A DNA stretch of 64,000 bases from Planctomycetia bacterium (GCA_016191115.1 JACPPG010000023.1:69062-133061); one strand, 5' to 3'; numbered from the stretch's first letter, positions 29,726-39,494 are shown. The notes: generated by a model not told the origin, from the sequence alone. Translations and numbers: made by a program.

Positions 29726-30934
29726 TTAGCGCACGCTGAAATACTTCGATAAGACCTCGTCTCGACCTGTTCCCGTCCACAGCCGGTTGTTGCTGATGTT
29801 GTTCGTCGTGGCGCCACTGCTGGTGACGCCGGCGGTATTGCCGTACGGAAGGGTCCCGGGAGTGGGATTCAGCACCGAATCCTGCACATATTGCGGCAAT
29901 GGCACGCCATTGCCATCCAACACGTACCCCAGGTCCTGCAGGGTGAGACTTTCCGCGTGACCATCGAGAAAGACGACGTTGGCCCGGCCGTTGTGCCGCG
30001 CGTCGGCGGGGGAAAAGTAGATCGCGATATCGGTGCCCGTCTCGTCCGGGCCATACGGATCGAAGCCCTTCATTAGAGCTGGCGAGGGCGACCCCCAGCC
30101 GGCCGTGCTCGTGGAAAACGGGTCGGGCGGGTGGACACGCATGTGCGGCGGGTCGAGCGTCATCGAATGTCCGCCGTGTGGCGTGTTGCCGCCGCGACTA
30201 TCCGCGAAGCAGATCGTGCGCGCGGAATCGTCGACTTTTTTGACCGGATAGTTGATGTAGGGCGAGTTGGGGTAGTCCCCCTGGTCGTCAATTGTTCTTG
30301 AGTTGCCAAGGTACTGAAAATTATACCCATAGGCGCCGTTGCGAATGCTGTTGACGTTCGTCGCTAGCCCCCCCGCCGTCGTCGGATCGGATACCGCATC
30401 TTCCAACACCGGATCAAGAAATATCTCGTTGTCGATTGGCACGAGCGTATACGTCGCGTTGCCGCCGACGCTCACGGCGGCGTCGGCACCGACGGGATAC
30501 CCCTTGATGACCTGCGTGCCCAACGCGTAGCCAAAAACGGGGCCTCCCGCCGCGACGGCGGCGTCGTAGGCTCGAAGCGCATCGGGATTCTGCACCGGAC
30601 GACCGACGTAGTCCGCGATAATCCACTGCCACCGCGGCCGGTTCACTCCCCAACGGTTCACCTTGTTCGCGTCCTCCCAGCGATAGGGCGGATACGCGCG
30701 ATTGGCGTCGTAGAACTGCGCGAGCCCAAGATAGAGCTGCCGTAGATTCGACAGGCACGACGTGGACCGAGACGATTCGCGCGATTTCAGTACGGCCGGC
30801 AAGAGTAGCGCCATCAGGGCCGCGATAATCGCGATGACGACCAGCATTTCGACAAGCGTAAATGCGTGCGGCCGATTGCGAGCGAGGAACGCAACGTTGC
30901 GTCGCATGCCGCCAATTCGTTCTGATCGTCGCAT
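29726..30934 (-). CDS. DUF1559 protein with prepilin-type N-terminal cleavage/methylation domain (H-X9-DG family)
   Basis: The N-terminus is [26 protein letters not shown]. The C-terminal [12 protein letters not shown] matches H-X9-DG exactly. AGGAG lies 8 nt before ATG 30934. Confidence 0.9.
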   Translation of the reverse strand: MRRSERIGGMRRNVAFLARNRPHAFTLVEMLVVIAIIAALMALLLPAVLKSRESSRSTSCLSNLRQLYLGLAQFYDANRAYPPYRWEDANKVNRWGVNRPRWQWIIADYVGRPVQNPDALRAYDAAVAAGGPVFGYALGTQVIKGYPVGADAAVSVGGNATYTLVPIDNEIFLDPVLEDAVSDPTTAGGLATNVNSIRNGAYGYNFQYLGNSRTIDDQGDYPNSPYINYPVKKVDDSARTICFADSRGGNTPHGGHSMTLDPPHMRVHPPDPFSTSTAGWGSPSPALMKGFDPYGPDETGTDIAIYFSPADARHNGRANVVFLDGHAESLTLQDLGYVLDGNGVPLPQYVQDSVLNPTPGTLPYGNTAGVTSSGATTNNISNNRLWTGTGRDEVLSKYFSVR

Positions 30935-31541
30935 GTTCACTTCTCCTGTCTGAAGGAAGCGCGCTGGTGCCGTCGCTGCCGTAGCGACCGCTCGACGCGG
31001 AGCCGCACATTATGTGCCACTGTCGCCGTAGTGGTTGCAACGCATGACTGCGCAGCGACTTCAAGATTGCGACACGTCGGGATTCAGCGCGCGGTCCGCT
31101 TTTCCGTGGCCAAGGAATGAGCATTTGCGATGACGTTTTCGCCGCGGGACTCCGCCGCTTCCACAAAATCACCGTGTCATGGGTCCATCGCAGCCGGAAA
31201 CACTCTTGCACATGCCACAACCGCGGCGCGACGATGATTTCGTCACGGGTGCGCAGTTTTTCGCCGCGATAACCGCCGCGTGATGATCGGGCACGCGGTG
31301 GACCCAGCATGGCCCCTCTTTTTTGAACCGGTTCGCGCCTCGCCGCCGTGGCCGCCTTGTCGTGCGGCACTCGACGCCGCCCCCTCGTTTGCTTCACGCC
31401 GCGTGGCCACGGCGGCTAATAACCGGCGCCGTTACCCTCTGGGCGGCTAAGGGCTACTCTCGACGGCTGCACGCCAATCCCTACAATGGCGTGGGGAAGT
31501 GCGCGTTGCTTGGCCACCACGACACGGGAATGCGCCCTCGC

Positions 31542-32018
31542 ATGAGCGGCCTTAGCCATTTCGACGCCTCGGGCGCAAGCCGCATGGTCGACGTCGGCCA
31601 CAAGCCGGCAACGGCGCGGATGGCGCGGGCAAGTGGGCGCGTCCACGTCGCCCCGGCGACGCTGGCGATGATCCGCGACCGGTCGCTGTCGAAAGGGGAC
31701 GTTCTCGAGGTGGCGCGGCTGGCCGGCATCATGGGGGCCAAACGAACGAGCGAACTGATCCCCCTGTGCCATCCGCTGCCCTTGGACGCCGTGGAGATCG
31801 ACCTCGAACTGTCGGACGACGGCACGATCGAGATCGTGGCCACCGCGCGCGTCACGGCCCGGACGGGCGTGGAGATGGAGGCCCTGGTTGCGGTAAGCGT
31901 CGCGGGCCTTACGATTTACGACATGTGCAAGAGCGTGGACCGGGGGATCACGATCGGCGAGATCCGGCTTGAGGAGAAAGAAGGGGGAAAGAGCGGCCAC
32001 TACCGCCGCCATACCTGA
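31542..32018 (+). CDS. moaC: cyclic pyranopterin monophosphate synthase MoaC
   Basis: ORF 31323..32018 trimmed to ATG 31542. The diagnostic motifs are MVDVGHKP...[31 protein letters not shown]...[23 protein letters not shown]. Confidence 0.93.
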   Translation: MSGLSHFDASGASRMVDVGHKPATARMARASGRVHVAPATLAMIRDRSLSKGDVLEVARLAGIMGAKRTSELIPLCHPLPLDAVEIDLELSDDGTIEIVATARVTARTGVEMEALVAVSVAGLTIYDMCKSVDRGITIGEIRLEEKEGGKSGHYRRHT

Positions 32019-32155
32019 TGCGGGGGCCGACGAGGCCGGTCTATCCCGTTGTGGTCTGGGTTCGGTTACGTCCGTCGCGGAACTGCGGTTGAGCGTGGTG
32101 GGCGTCGTGCGCGGGGGAATGGCGGAAAACGCATGGCAGCGATTCGAGGATAGGC

Positions 32156-33157
32156 ATGAGCCGATTGGCCGACGTCGCAACGACAAAGCATCTGCTGGAC
32201 CGCCTCTACGATCCGGTCGCCGAGGAGCTTCGCCGCGTCGAGGATGTCCTCAAAAGCGAGCTGCGCAGCAAATTCCCTTTCGTCGACGAGTTGGTCCGGC
32301 ACAGCTTCCACTTGGGCGGAAAGCGCCTGCGGCCGGCCCTGGTGCTATTGGCGGGCCGCGCCGCCGGCGCCCTCGAGCGCGATCACGTCGTGCTGGCCGC
32401 CGTGATGGAGATGATCCACACCGCGACCTTGGTGCACGACGACGTCTTGGACCAGGCAACCTTGCGCCGCCACCTCGATACTGTCAACGCCCGCTGGGGC
32501 AACGAATCGAGCGTGCTCCTCGGCGACTATCTGTTCACGCACTCGTTCTATCTGGCCAGCACCCTAGAGACCACGTTCGCCTGCCAGACGATCGGCCGCG
32601 CCACGAACATCGTCTGCGAAGGCGAGCTGCGGCAGATCGAGAGCCGCGGCGACTACGAGCTATCGGAACAGGAATACCTGGATATCATCGAGGCCAAGAC
32701 GGCCGAGCTGTGCTCCTGCTGCTGCCGCCTGGGCGCCCACTACGCGGACGCCGTGCCTGACGTCGAGGAGGCGCTCGCGCGGTTTGGCCGCTACCTGGGG
32801 ATCGCCTTCCAGATCGTTGACGACCTGTTGGACGTCCAAGGGGACGAGGCGACGGCCGGCAAATCGCTCGGCACCGACCTGGAACAACGCAAGCCCACGC
32901 TGCCGCTCATTCGGCTGCTGTCGCAGGTCGACGCGGAACAGCGGGCCGCGATCGTCGAGGTGCTCGATGGCAACGAGCCGCAGTGCGCGGACGTCCTGGC
33001 GAGCTGGTTCGACGCGACCGACAGCCTCGACTACACGCGGCAGAAGGCCCGCTGGTTCGCCGATCGGGCGAAAAGCGAGCTGTTGTGCCTGCCGTCGAGC
33101 CCCGCCCGGAGCGTCTTGGAGCGGGTCACGGACTTCGCCGTCGAACGGCAGCAGTAG
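32156..33157 (+). CDS. long-chain polyprenyl diphosphate synthase (IspB/HepT-like)
   Basis: The first Asp-rich motif is LVHDDVLD and the second is IVDDLLD. GKRLRPALVLL is also present. Confidence 0.9.
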   Translation: MSRLADVATTKHLLDRLYDPVAEELRRVEDVLKSELRSKFPFVDELVRHSFHLGGKRLRPALVLLAGRAAGALERDHVVLAAVMEMIHTATLVHDDVLDQATLRRHLDTVNARWGNESSVLLGDYLFTHSFYLASTLETTFACQTIGRATNIVCEGELRQIESRGDYELSEQEYLDIIEAKTAELCSCCCRLGAHYADAVPDVEEALARFGRYLGIAFQIVDDLLDVQGDEATAGKSLGTDLEQRKPTLPLIRLLSQVDAEQRAAIVEVLDGNEPQCADVLASWFDATDSLDYTRQKARWFADRAKSELLCLPSSPARSVLERVTDFAVERQQ

Positions 33158-33350
33158 AGAGCCGGGGCCGTCGAAGGGGCACGACAGCCTCCGGCGTGGG
33201 CGGCGGCAGGTGGATTCTCCCGTCGCGGTGCGTGGGCATGGCTTCGCGACCCCCGTTCGCAGGGCTGAACGTAAGGGTGGCCCCTGTCCAAAAACGACAG
33301 ACCTGAGTCCCCGCCGGCCGCCTCGCCTCTCGCTCTGCCCCCCGCCGGCT

Positions 33351-33507
33351 GAGGGCCATCCTGTGTTTCAAAATGGCGAGGCGGGAAAATGGGACTGGCT
33401 CCGAGCATAAACAGCGCAAGCCCTTTCAGACCAACGTTTCGTCTCGGTGCCTGTCCCACTCTCCCGCCGGTGCGCCGCCGGCAAGCTTGAATCTGTGAAC
33501 GGCCCTG
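33351..33507 (+). repeat. F1 element, copy B (full length, 3 core substitutions)
   Basis: GAGGGCCATCCTGTGTTTCAAAATGGCG...CTTGAATCTGTGAACGGCCCTG. Confidence 0.9.
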
Positions 33508-33512
33508 CCCCC

Positions 33513-33634
33513 GCAGGAGAACTGGTCTGGGGAGAGGGGGTCAGGCACATTTTTCGGCCGAAGGTCCTTTCGAAAGATTGAAGGCCGCGTGTGCCGAAAA
33601 ATGAGCCAGACCCCGGACTTCGCAGTTCTCCTGC
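33513..33634. mobile_element. F2 MITE-like palindromic element, copy 1, flanked by the 8-bp direct repeat CTGCCCCC
   Basis: GCAGGAGAACTGG...CGCAGTTCTCCTGC. CTGCCCCC occurs at 33505-33512 and 33635-33642, immediately adjacent on both sides. Confidence 0.8.
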
Positions 33635-33742
33635 CTGCCCCCGCCGGCCTCTTCCCTTGCGGCACCCCGTCCCATAGCTTAAGGTCTTTGTGCCAAAAAG
33701 GGCCAGGGTCGGCTCAGGGGTGCTTGCCTGGAGAGAAGAGGG

Positions 33743-34684
33743 ATGCGTTTGCATCGTGTAAGCGGAGCAGAGAAAAAAAATCGAGTTCGCCAACTACATA
33801 TCGAAGCCCTGGAAGATCGTCAGTGTCCCAGCGTGACGGTCACCAGCACGCCCGTGCAAGGAGGGACGGCGCTACGGATCGTCGGAGACGAGGTCACGAA
33901 TCTGATCAACATCTATGATCAGGGCAACGGCTATGTCGACGTCCGCGACGGCAGCGGAAAATTGCTCGGCTCGGCCGATTCGGTCAAGGAGATTGACCTC
34001 GACAGTGGAGCGGGAAGCGACGTCATCCGCTACACGCTTTTGAACGTACTGCTCAACAGCCAGGACATTTTTTTCCAGTTGGGCAGCGGCAACGATTGGG
34101 CGACGTTCGACATGTCCAAGGGCGTCGGTCGCGCCAATTTGCAAATCCAAGTGCAAGGCCAAGATGGCGACGATATGATTTCCGCCACATTGGGGGCCAT
34201 CTCCCGGTCGCGCGTCAACGTCTTCTTCAGGGGGGATAACGGCAACGATCACATCTACGTGGGGGACCCGAATGCCGAGATCTGGGCGGGCTCGTCCTTG
34301 CTGGTCGACCTCGACGGTGGCGCAGGGAACGACGACCTGAGGACCGCCTATACTGGGCACCTCTTCGGCACGCTCAATGTCGCCGTCCGCGGCGGAGCCG
34401 GAATGGACGACATTAACGTCAATACGAAGTCGGACGAGGACAGCAACGGCCGGCTCTACGTGTTGGCAGCCGGCGGGGCCGGCACGGACAAAGTCACCTT
34501 GTACGCCAACGATTACTCCGGCGACGGGGGACCAAGCAATCTGGCCGACATGAGCATCGTTATTTTCGACCCGACGTCAGAGGACCAAACCACGAAGCGC
34601 ACGCCCAACGTGGCGATGATTCTCTTCTATGTCCCATTGTCAAATGTCATGAGCGCCGGAACCACAACGCGTCCGGGCGGCTAG
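33743..34684 (+). CDS. secreted protein with planctomycete N-terminal LEDR motif and RTX-like Gly/Asp calcium-binding repeats
   Basis: The N-terminus is RVRQLHIEALEDRQCPS. Repeats are GSGNDW, GDNGNDHI, GGAGNDDL, GGAGMDDI and GGAGTDKV. G+C is visibly lower than in neighbouring genes. An A8 tract lies at 33773-33780. Confidence 0.7.
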   Translation: MRLHRVSGAEKKNRVRQLHIEALEDRQCPSVTVTSTPVQGGTALRIVGDEVTNLINIYDQGNGYVDVRDGSGKLLGSADSVKEIDLDSGAGSDVIRYTLLNVLLNSQDIFFQLGSGNDWATFDMSKGVGRANLQIQVQGQDGDDMISATLGAISRSRVNVFFRGDNGNDHIYVGDPNAEIWAGSSLLVDLDGGAGNDDLRTAYTGHLFGTLNVAVRGGAGMDDINVNTKSDEDSNGRLYVLAAGGAGTDKVTLYANDYSGDGGPSNLADMSIVIFDPTSEDQTTKRTPNVAMILFYVPLSNVMSAGTTTRPGG

Positions 34685-34747
34685 CGTCCGGCATGTGACC
34701 GACTCGCGGCTCATGTCACGCTTCAGGCGTATGGCCAGGCCGGCCGG

Positions 34748-35045
34748 ATGAAGGACGTCGAAATTCGTCTGCCGGCGGGCCTCGATCTCAAGCGCCAAGC
34801 AAGCCCTGGAGGCGGCATGCCGCGCCGCCGGACTGCGCGTCGCCATCAAGGACAAGCTCGCCCGGACCCCGGCGGCATCCACTGGCACTTCCGGCGCGGC
34901 GACCGATGCCGGCACGCTGGAGCTCACACTCTGGGCGGCCCAGCAAAAGGCATGGTCTTCGGTCCAAAGCCGGCGAAGCTCCCCCTGGATCGACGAGCCA
35001 TTGCCCAAACTGAAAGCCCAGATCGAACGCACGCTTGCCAGGTGA
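34748..35045 (+). pseudogene. possible decayed/frameshifted small gene
   Basis: The ATG frame (MKDVEIRLPAGLDLKR...) turns into Arg/Gly-rich text after ~18 codons. The +1 frame then reads protein-like (AKQALEAACRAAGLRVAIKDKLARTP...GTLELTLWAAQQKAW...WIDEPLPKLKAQIERTLAR*) but has no start codon. Confidence 0.2.
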
Positions 35046-35078
35046 CAAATGACCGGCAGTTTGGCGGCGACTGACCGG

Positions 35079-35546
35079 CTACTTCGGCCGGTCCGGCTTT
35101 TCCAGCATCGGCTGCAACTCTTCGACGAAGTCGCGGACGTGCTCGAACTGGCGATAGACGCTGGCGAAACGGACGTAGGCCACCTGGTCCAACTGACGCA
35201 GGTGCTGCATCGCCTGCTCGCCCAGGTAGCGGCTGGGCACTTCGTTGTCGAAGTTGGCGTACATGTCCTCCTCGATGACCGAAAGAACGCCCTCGATCTG
35301 CTCGTCGCTGATGGGGCGCTTCCAGCAGGCCTTTTCCAGTCCCCGCTTGAGCTTCTCGCGCTCGTACGGCACGCGCGAGCCGTCCTTCTTGACCACCTTC
35401 ATCACCGGCTCTTCGATCCGCTCGTAGGTGGTGTACCGCCGGCCGCACTGCGCGCACTCGCGGCGGCGGCGGATCGAAAACCCATCCTCGCTCGCGCGCG
35501 AGTCGGTCACACGGTCGTTGTCAACGCGGCAGAACGGGCATTTCAT
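35079..35546 (-). CDS. nrdR: transcriptional repressor NrdR
   Basis: The zinc ribbon is MKCPFCRVDNDRVTDSRASEDGFSIRRRRECAQCGRRYTTYERIE. An ATP-cone follows. Confidence 0.95.
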   Translation of the reverse strand: MKCPFCRVDNDRVTDSRASEDGFSIRRRRECAQCGRRYTTYERIEEPVMKVVKKDGSRVPYEREKLKRGLEKACWKRPISDEQIEGVLSVIEEDMYANFDNEVPSRYLGEQAMQHLRQLDQVAYVRFASVYRQFEHVRDFVEELQPMLEKPDRPK

Positions 35547-35697
35547 CGGGCAAGGAGCCGGTGTTTTCGGGCCGAAAGGCGGGCGGATACTCGCTTTTCA
35601 GGCGGCCCCACGGCTTGGAAATCCAGGATTCGGACTGGCCGCCGCCCCAAAGTTTACTATACAAGCACGAAGAACAGATAGGCCACAGGCGAGAGTA

Positions 35698-35823
35698 GCA
35701 GGAGAACTGCAAAGTCCTGGGAGAGGGGGGCAGGCACATTTTTCGGCCGAAAGTCCTTCGGAAGAATTGAGAACCGCATGTGCCGAAAAATGAGCCAGAC
35801 CCCGGACTTTGCAGTTCTCCTGG
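35698..35823. mobile_element. F2 MITE-like palindromic element, copy 2 (best preserved)
   Basis: The 19-bp TIR is perfect (CAGGAGAACTGCAAAGTCC). The 8-bp flanks are CGAGAGTA (35690-35697) and CGAGAGCA (35824-35831). Subterminal arms are GGCACATTTTTCGGC / GCCGAAAAATG-GCC. Confidence 0.85.
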
Positions 35824-35943
35824 CGAGAGCAGGCCACAGGCGAGAGGCCACAGACCACAGGGAGCGGCCGCAGGGAAGAGGTCCTGGCGCATTTGCGCTC
35901 TAGCCTCTGGTCTCTGGCCCCTAACCTATTTCCGGAGCCACGA

Positions 35944-36654
35944 ATGAAGTGCCCTGATTGCGGTCACGATGCGCCGCCCCATTCGGTCTATTGTCCGCGA
36001 TGCGGCCGCCGATTCGACGCCGACCCCGCCAGTGCGAGCAGCGCCAGCACAGGCACGTCCGCGGTAGCGGGGCCTTCGCCGGTCGAGGCGTTGGACGCAA
36101 AGCAGCGGCTGGCTGCCGCGGCCACCGGCGCCTACACGGAAGAAGACTTGTGGGAAGGCACCTACTCGCCGAAGGCCATGATCGGCACCTGGTTCGTGGC
36201 CATTGTCATCACGATCGGACTTTTGGCGATCGGGCTGGCGTTCGGCCAGCGCCCGGGAGTGTGGGTGGCGGCTGCCGCGGCGATTGTGCTGGTGATTCTC
36301 AGCGTGGCCGCCATCACGCTCGTGCGGCGGTGGAGCATTCGCTACAAGCTCACGACACAGCGCTTCATTCAACAGCGCGGGCTCTTGCGCCGCACGACGG
36401 ATCGCATCCAGACCATCGACATCGACGACATCACCGTCGAGCAAGGCGTGTTCGACCGGTTCGTCGGGACGGGCATGATCAAGGTCGTCTCCAGCGACCG
36501 CACCGACCCCACGCTCCTGATGCCGGGCATCGAAAACGTGACGTACGTGGCCGACCTGATGGACAACGCCCGCCGCGCCGAGCGGCGCCGCCGCGGCTTG
36601 CGCATCGAGTCGATCCAGGCCGACGGCGGCGACATGCACGGCGGCCACGGGTGA
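35944..36654 (+). CDS. zinc-ribbon + two-TM + bacterial PH (YdbS/YdbT-like) domain membrane protein
   Basis: The zinc ribbon is MKCPDCGHDAPPHSVYCPRCG. TM helices follow, then RYKLTTQRFIQQRGLLRRTTDRIQTIDIDDITVEQGVFDRFVGTGMIKV, typical of bPH_2. Confidence 0.75.
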   Translation: MKCPDCGHDAPPHSVYCPRCGRRFDADPASASSASTGTSAVAGPSPVEALDAKQRLAAAATGAYTEEDLWEGTYSPKAMIGTWFVAIVITIGLLAIGLAFGQRPGVWVAAAAAIVLVILSVAAITLVRRWSIRYKLTTQRFIQQRGLLRRTTDRIQTIDIDDITVEQGVFDRFVGTGMIKVVSSDRTDPTLLMPGIENVTYVADLMDNARRAERRRRGLRIESIQADGGDMHGGHG

Positions 36655-36657
36655 GCG

Positions 36658-36720
36658 TTTAGCCGCCGCGGCCACGCGGCGCGAAGCGCCAAGTAGGGTG
36701 CTCTGCGAGCACCGGCCCTA
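36658..36720. repeat. REP-B unit (TTAGCCGCCGCGGCCACGCGGCGCG) plus a second hairpin GTGCTC-TGC-GAGCAC between convergent genes
   Basis: The same REP-B unit occurs at 56625, 56804 and 61762. The core hairpin is GCCGCG-GCCA-CGCGGC. Confidence 0.75.
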
Positions 36721-38265
36721 CTCGTCGCCCGGCTGCTCATCGACCGGCCGTTCCGCCCCGTTGTGCTTGGCGTGGTCCTGGGGCTCAAGCGTCCAGTCGC
36801 GGCGCTGCCGCGAGCTGGGGATGTTCATCGCCTTGCGGTACTTGGTGACCGTGCGGCGGGCCACCGAGAGCCCCTTCTTTTCCAGCTCCTTGACCAGCTC
36901 GTCGTCGCTGTAGGGGTGCTGCTTGCTTTCCGCGCCGACGATTTCCTGCAGCTTCAGCCGCACGGTGTCCCAGGCCACCTCGTCGCCGTCGGCGCTGACG
37001 GTGCCGCCGCCGAAGAACCGCTTCAGCGGGAAGATGCCCCGCGGCGTCTGAATCCACTTGTCGTCGACCGCGCGGCTGACCGTCGTCACGTGCACGCCCA
37101 CCTTGTCGGCGATCTGCTGCATCTTCAAGGGCTCGATGGCCTCGGGCCCTTTGTTGAGGAACTCGGTCTGATGGTCGATGATCGCCTGCGCCACCCGCGT
37201 CAGCGTGTTGCGGCGCTGCTCGATCGACTCGATCAGCCACTGCGCGCTATTGATCTTCCGCTTGATCCATTCTTTTTCGACTTCGGTCGCGTCCCCCTTC
37301 GAGAGCAGCTTGCGATAGTACGGGCTGATGAACAGGCTGGGCGTGCGGCCGTCCTCCAGGCGGACCTTGTAGCGGCCTCCCTCGACCACGTCGACGAACA
37401 CGTCGGGCGTGACCATGGGCGCGGGCACGTCAGCGAAATCCGCGCCCGGCTTGGGCTTTAGCTTCCGCAGCTCGTGCAGCGTCTCCTGGATCAACTCCAT
37501 CGAGTAGCCGGTCTTCCGCTGAATGACGGGCCAGCGGTTGTGCTCGATGTCCTCCAGGTGGCTCGTGATCAGGGTGCGCAACTGCTCGTAGCAGTGCATA
37601 CCCGGCGTCAACTGCAACAGCAGGCACTCGCGCAGGTCGTGCGCGCCGATGCCGGGCGGATCGAGCTTTTGCACGATCGCCAGCGCGCGGCGGGCGATCG
37701 TCAGTTGGTCCGGCCCGCCCGTCGGGTCGATCAGCTCTTCCAATCGACCGGGCAGCCACCCGTTGGTGTCGAGGCTGTAGATGATCCGCTCGGCCATCTG
37801 CCGCGTGGCGTCGTCGAGCTCGAACCAGCTCAATTGATCGCGGAGATAGTCCTGCAGGGTTTGCGGCCGCGCGACCATGTTGGCGATCGCGTCGTGCTTG
37901 CGGTTGGACTCTTCCTCAAGACGCGTGCTGGAGGGGCGCGACCGCTCCTCGAACGTGTCGGGCCACTCCTCGTCGAGATTCAACAGCCGCTCGAAGTCTT
38001 CCTGGTTGTTCTTCGATTCGTCGACGACCAGCTCCCGCTCTTCCTGAGTCGGAGCGTTGGGATTCTCGTTCTCCTCCGACGGCTCGTCCGGCAGGTCGGG
38101 ATCGTTCTCTTCCTTGTCGAGGCACGGGTTCTCGGCGATCTCCTGCTCGATGCGCTCCTGCAGCTCCATGATCGGCAACTGCAGAATCTCCATCGACTGG
38201 ATCATCCGCGGCGCCAGGACCTGCTTCTGGACGAGCCTCAGTTCTTGGCCGAACGAAAGTCGCAT
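36718..38265 (-). CDS. rpoN: RNA polymerase sigma-54 factor
   Basis: The N-terminus is MRLSFGQELRLVQKQVLAPRMIQSMEILQLP. The RpoN box ARRTVTKYRKAMNIPSSRQR is near the C-terminus. Confidence 0.95.
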   Translation of the reverse strand: MRLSFGQELRLVQKQVLAPRMIQSMEILQLPIMELQERIEQEIAENPCLDKEENDPDLPDEPSEENENPNAPTQEERELVVDESKNNQEDFERLLNLDEEWPDTFEERSRPSSTRLEEESNRKHDAIANMVARPQTLQDYLRDQLSWFELDDATRQMAERIIYSLDTNGWLPGRLEELIDPTGGPDQLTIARRALAIVQKLDPPGIGAHDLRECLLLQLTPGMHCYEQLRTLITSHLEDIEHNRWPVIQRKTGYSMELIQETLHELRKLKPKPGADFADVPAPMVTPDVFVDVVEGGRYKVRLEDGRTPSLFISPYYRKLLSKGDATEVEKEWIKRKINSAQWLIESIEQRRNTLTRVAQAIIDHQTEFLNKGPEAIEPLKMQQIADKVGVHVTTVSRAVDDKWIQTPRGIFPLKRFFGGGTVSADGDEVAWDTVRLKLQEIVGAESKQHPYSDDELVKELEKKGLSVARRTVTKYRKAMNIPSSRQRRDWTLEPQDHAKHNGAERPVDEQPGDE

Positions 38266-38381
38266 GAGATCACTTTGTTTGAACTTGCCGCACGAGCGCC
38301 ACGCTGGCCGGCGCCATATCGGCCCCCGGCCGGTATTCTAACGCGCCAGCGCCAAAACCAGACCGAAACACCCGCAAAACT

Positions 38382-38981
38382 TCAAAACTTCTGCCGGCCG
38401 CTCAACGCGTCGGCCAGAATCTCCTTGTTAGCAAATTCTAGCACGCTGCCGGTCGTGATCCCCCGTGCGAGCCGCGTGATTTCCACGCCGAACTCCGCCA
38501 ATCGGTTCGATATATAAAGCGCGGTGCCATCCCCTTCCACCGTTGGGTTGGTGCCCATGATCACCTCGGCGAACGAGCCCGTGCGGACCCGCTCGACCAG
38601 GGCGTCGATGGTCAACTGATCGGGGCCGACGCCGTCCAAGGGGGCGATCCGGCCGAGCAAGACGTGGTACAGGCCGCGATAGGTGCCTGCCTGCTCCAGG
38701 GCCATCAAGTCACGCGGCTGCTCGACGACGCACAACTGCCGCTGGTCGCGCCTTGGGTCCTGGCAAATCTCGCACCGCTCGCCCTCGGCCAGATTATAGC
38801 AAATCTGGCAGTACCGCACGTTCTCCTTCACCGTGCGGATGGCTTCGGCCAGCTCGAGCGCTTCCTGCTTGCTCACCCGCAGAACGTGATACGCCAGTCG
38901 CTCCGCCGATTTCTTCCCAATGCCCGGAAGCTTCGCGAATTCCTGCACCAGCCGAGCCACCGATTCGGTAAGTTGGGGCAC
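38382..38981 (-). CDS. recR: recombination protein RecR
   Basis: [16 protein letters not shown], the zinc finger [16 protein letters not shown] and a Toprim domain are present. The start is GTG. Confidence 0.95.
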   Translation of the reverse strand: MPQLTESVARLVQEFAKLPGIGKKSAERLAYHVLRVSKQEALELAEAIRTVKENVRYCQICYNLAEGERCEICQDPRRDQRQLCVVEQPRDLMALEQAGTYRGLYHVLLGRIAPLDGVGPDQLTIDALVERVRTGSFAEVIMGTNPTVEGDGTALYISNRLAEFGVEITRLARGITTGSVLEFANKEILADALSGRQKF

Positions 38982-39096
38982 TTGTTGGGCTTCCTGTCAG
39001 TCGGCAGTGGCACTGCCGGCTCGTCCAGCAATGCAAAACGAGCGAACGCGCTGCTGGACGAGCCAGCAGTGGCATCGAAATGCGGCCCAACCAAGC

Positions 39097-39486
39097 TTAT
39101 CCGTCCGATGGCTCGCCGCCGGTAAGCTTGGCGAGTGCCTGGTCCAGTCCCGGCAGGTCGACGCCCCCCATCAGTGCCCGCATCGCGTCGGCGTGCAGTT
39201 GCTTGGCTTTGGCCAGGGCATCGTTCACGGCGGCCCGCACCAGCTCCTCGACCAGTTCCCGGTCCCCCTGCCCGAACAGGCCGGGGTCGATCCGGCACGC
39301 CAGCACTTCCTGCAGGCCGTTGACCTCGATCTCGACCATGCCGCCGCCGGCCGATCCGGTGGCCCGCTTCGCGCGCAGCGATTCGCTGAGACCCTCGAGG
39401 CGCCCGCTGAGCTGCTGCGCCTGCCGCATCATCGACGCCATGTTGCCCAGGCTTCCAAACACGCGCACCTCACCTTCTTCTGCCAT
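39097..39486 (-). CDS. ybaB: YbaB/EbfC family nucleoid-associated protein
   Basis: LGNMASMMRQAQQLSGRLEGL...GGGMVEIEVNGLQEVL. It sits in the conserved position between dnaX and recR. Confidence 0.88.
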   Translation of the reverse strand: MAEEGEVRVFGSLGNMASMMRQAQQLSGRLEGLSESLRAKRATGSAGGGMVEIEVNGLQEVLACRIDPGLFGQGDRELVEELVRAAVNDALAKAKQLHADAMRALMGGVDLPGLDQALAKLTGGEPSDG

Positions 39487-39494
39487 TAGAAATG

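Noticed and set aside
30414-31397. 327-aa ORF on the minus strand spanning the DUF1559 start region
   Set aside because: It overlaps the 5' part of the well-supported DUF1559 gene in another frame, and most of its translation is Arg-rich. Only a short stretch looks protein-like (noted in the findings).
38995-39085. TGGCAC / TGGCAT sequences resembling sigma-54 -24 elements in the ybaB-recR spacer
   Set aside because: There is no TTGC -12 element at the required 10-nt spacing. They lie on the strand opposite to the genes. The region is better described as two hairpins (CGGCAGTGGCACTGCCG; GCTCGTCCAGCA...TGCTGGACGAGC).
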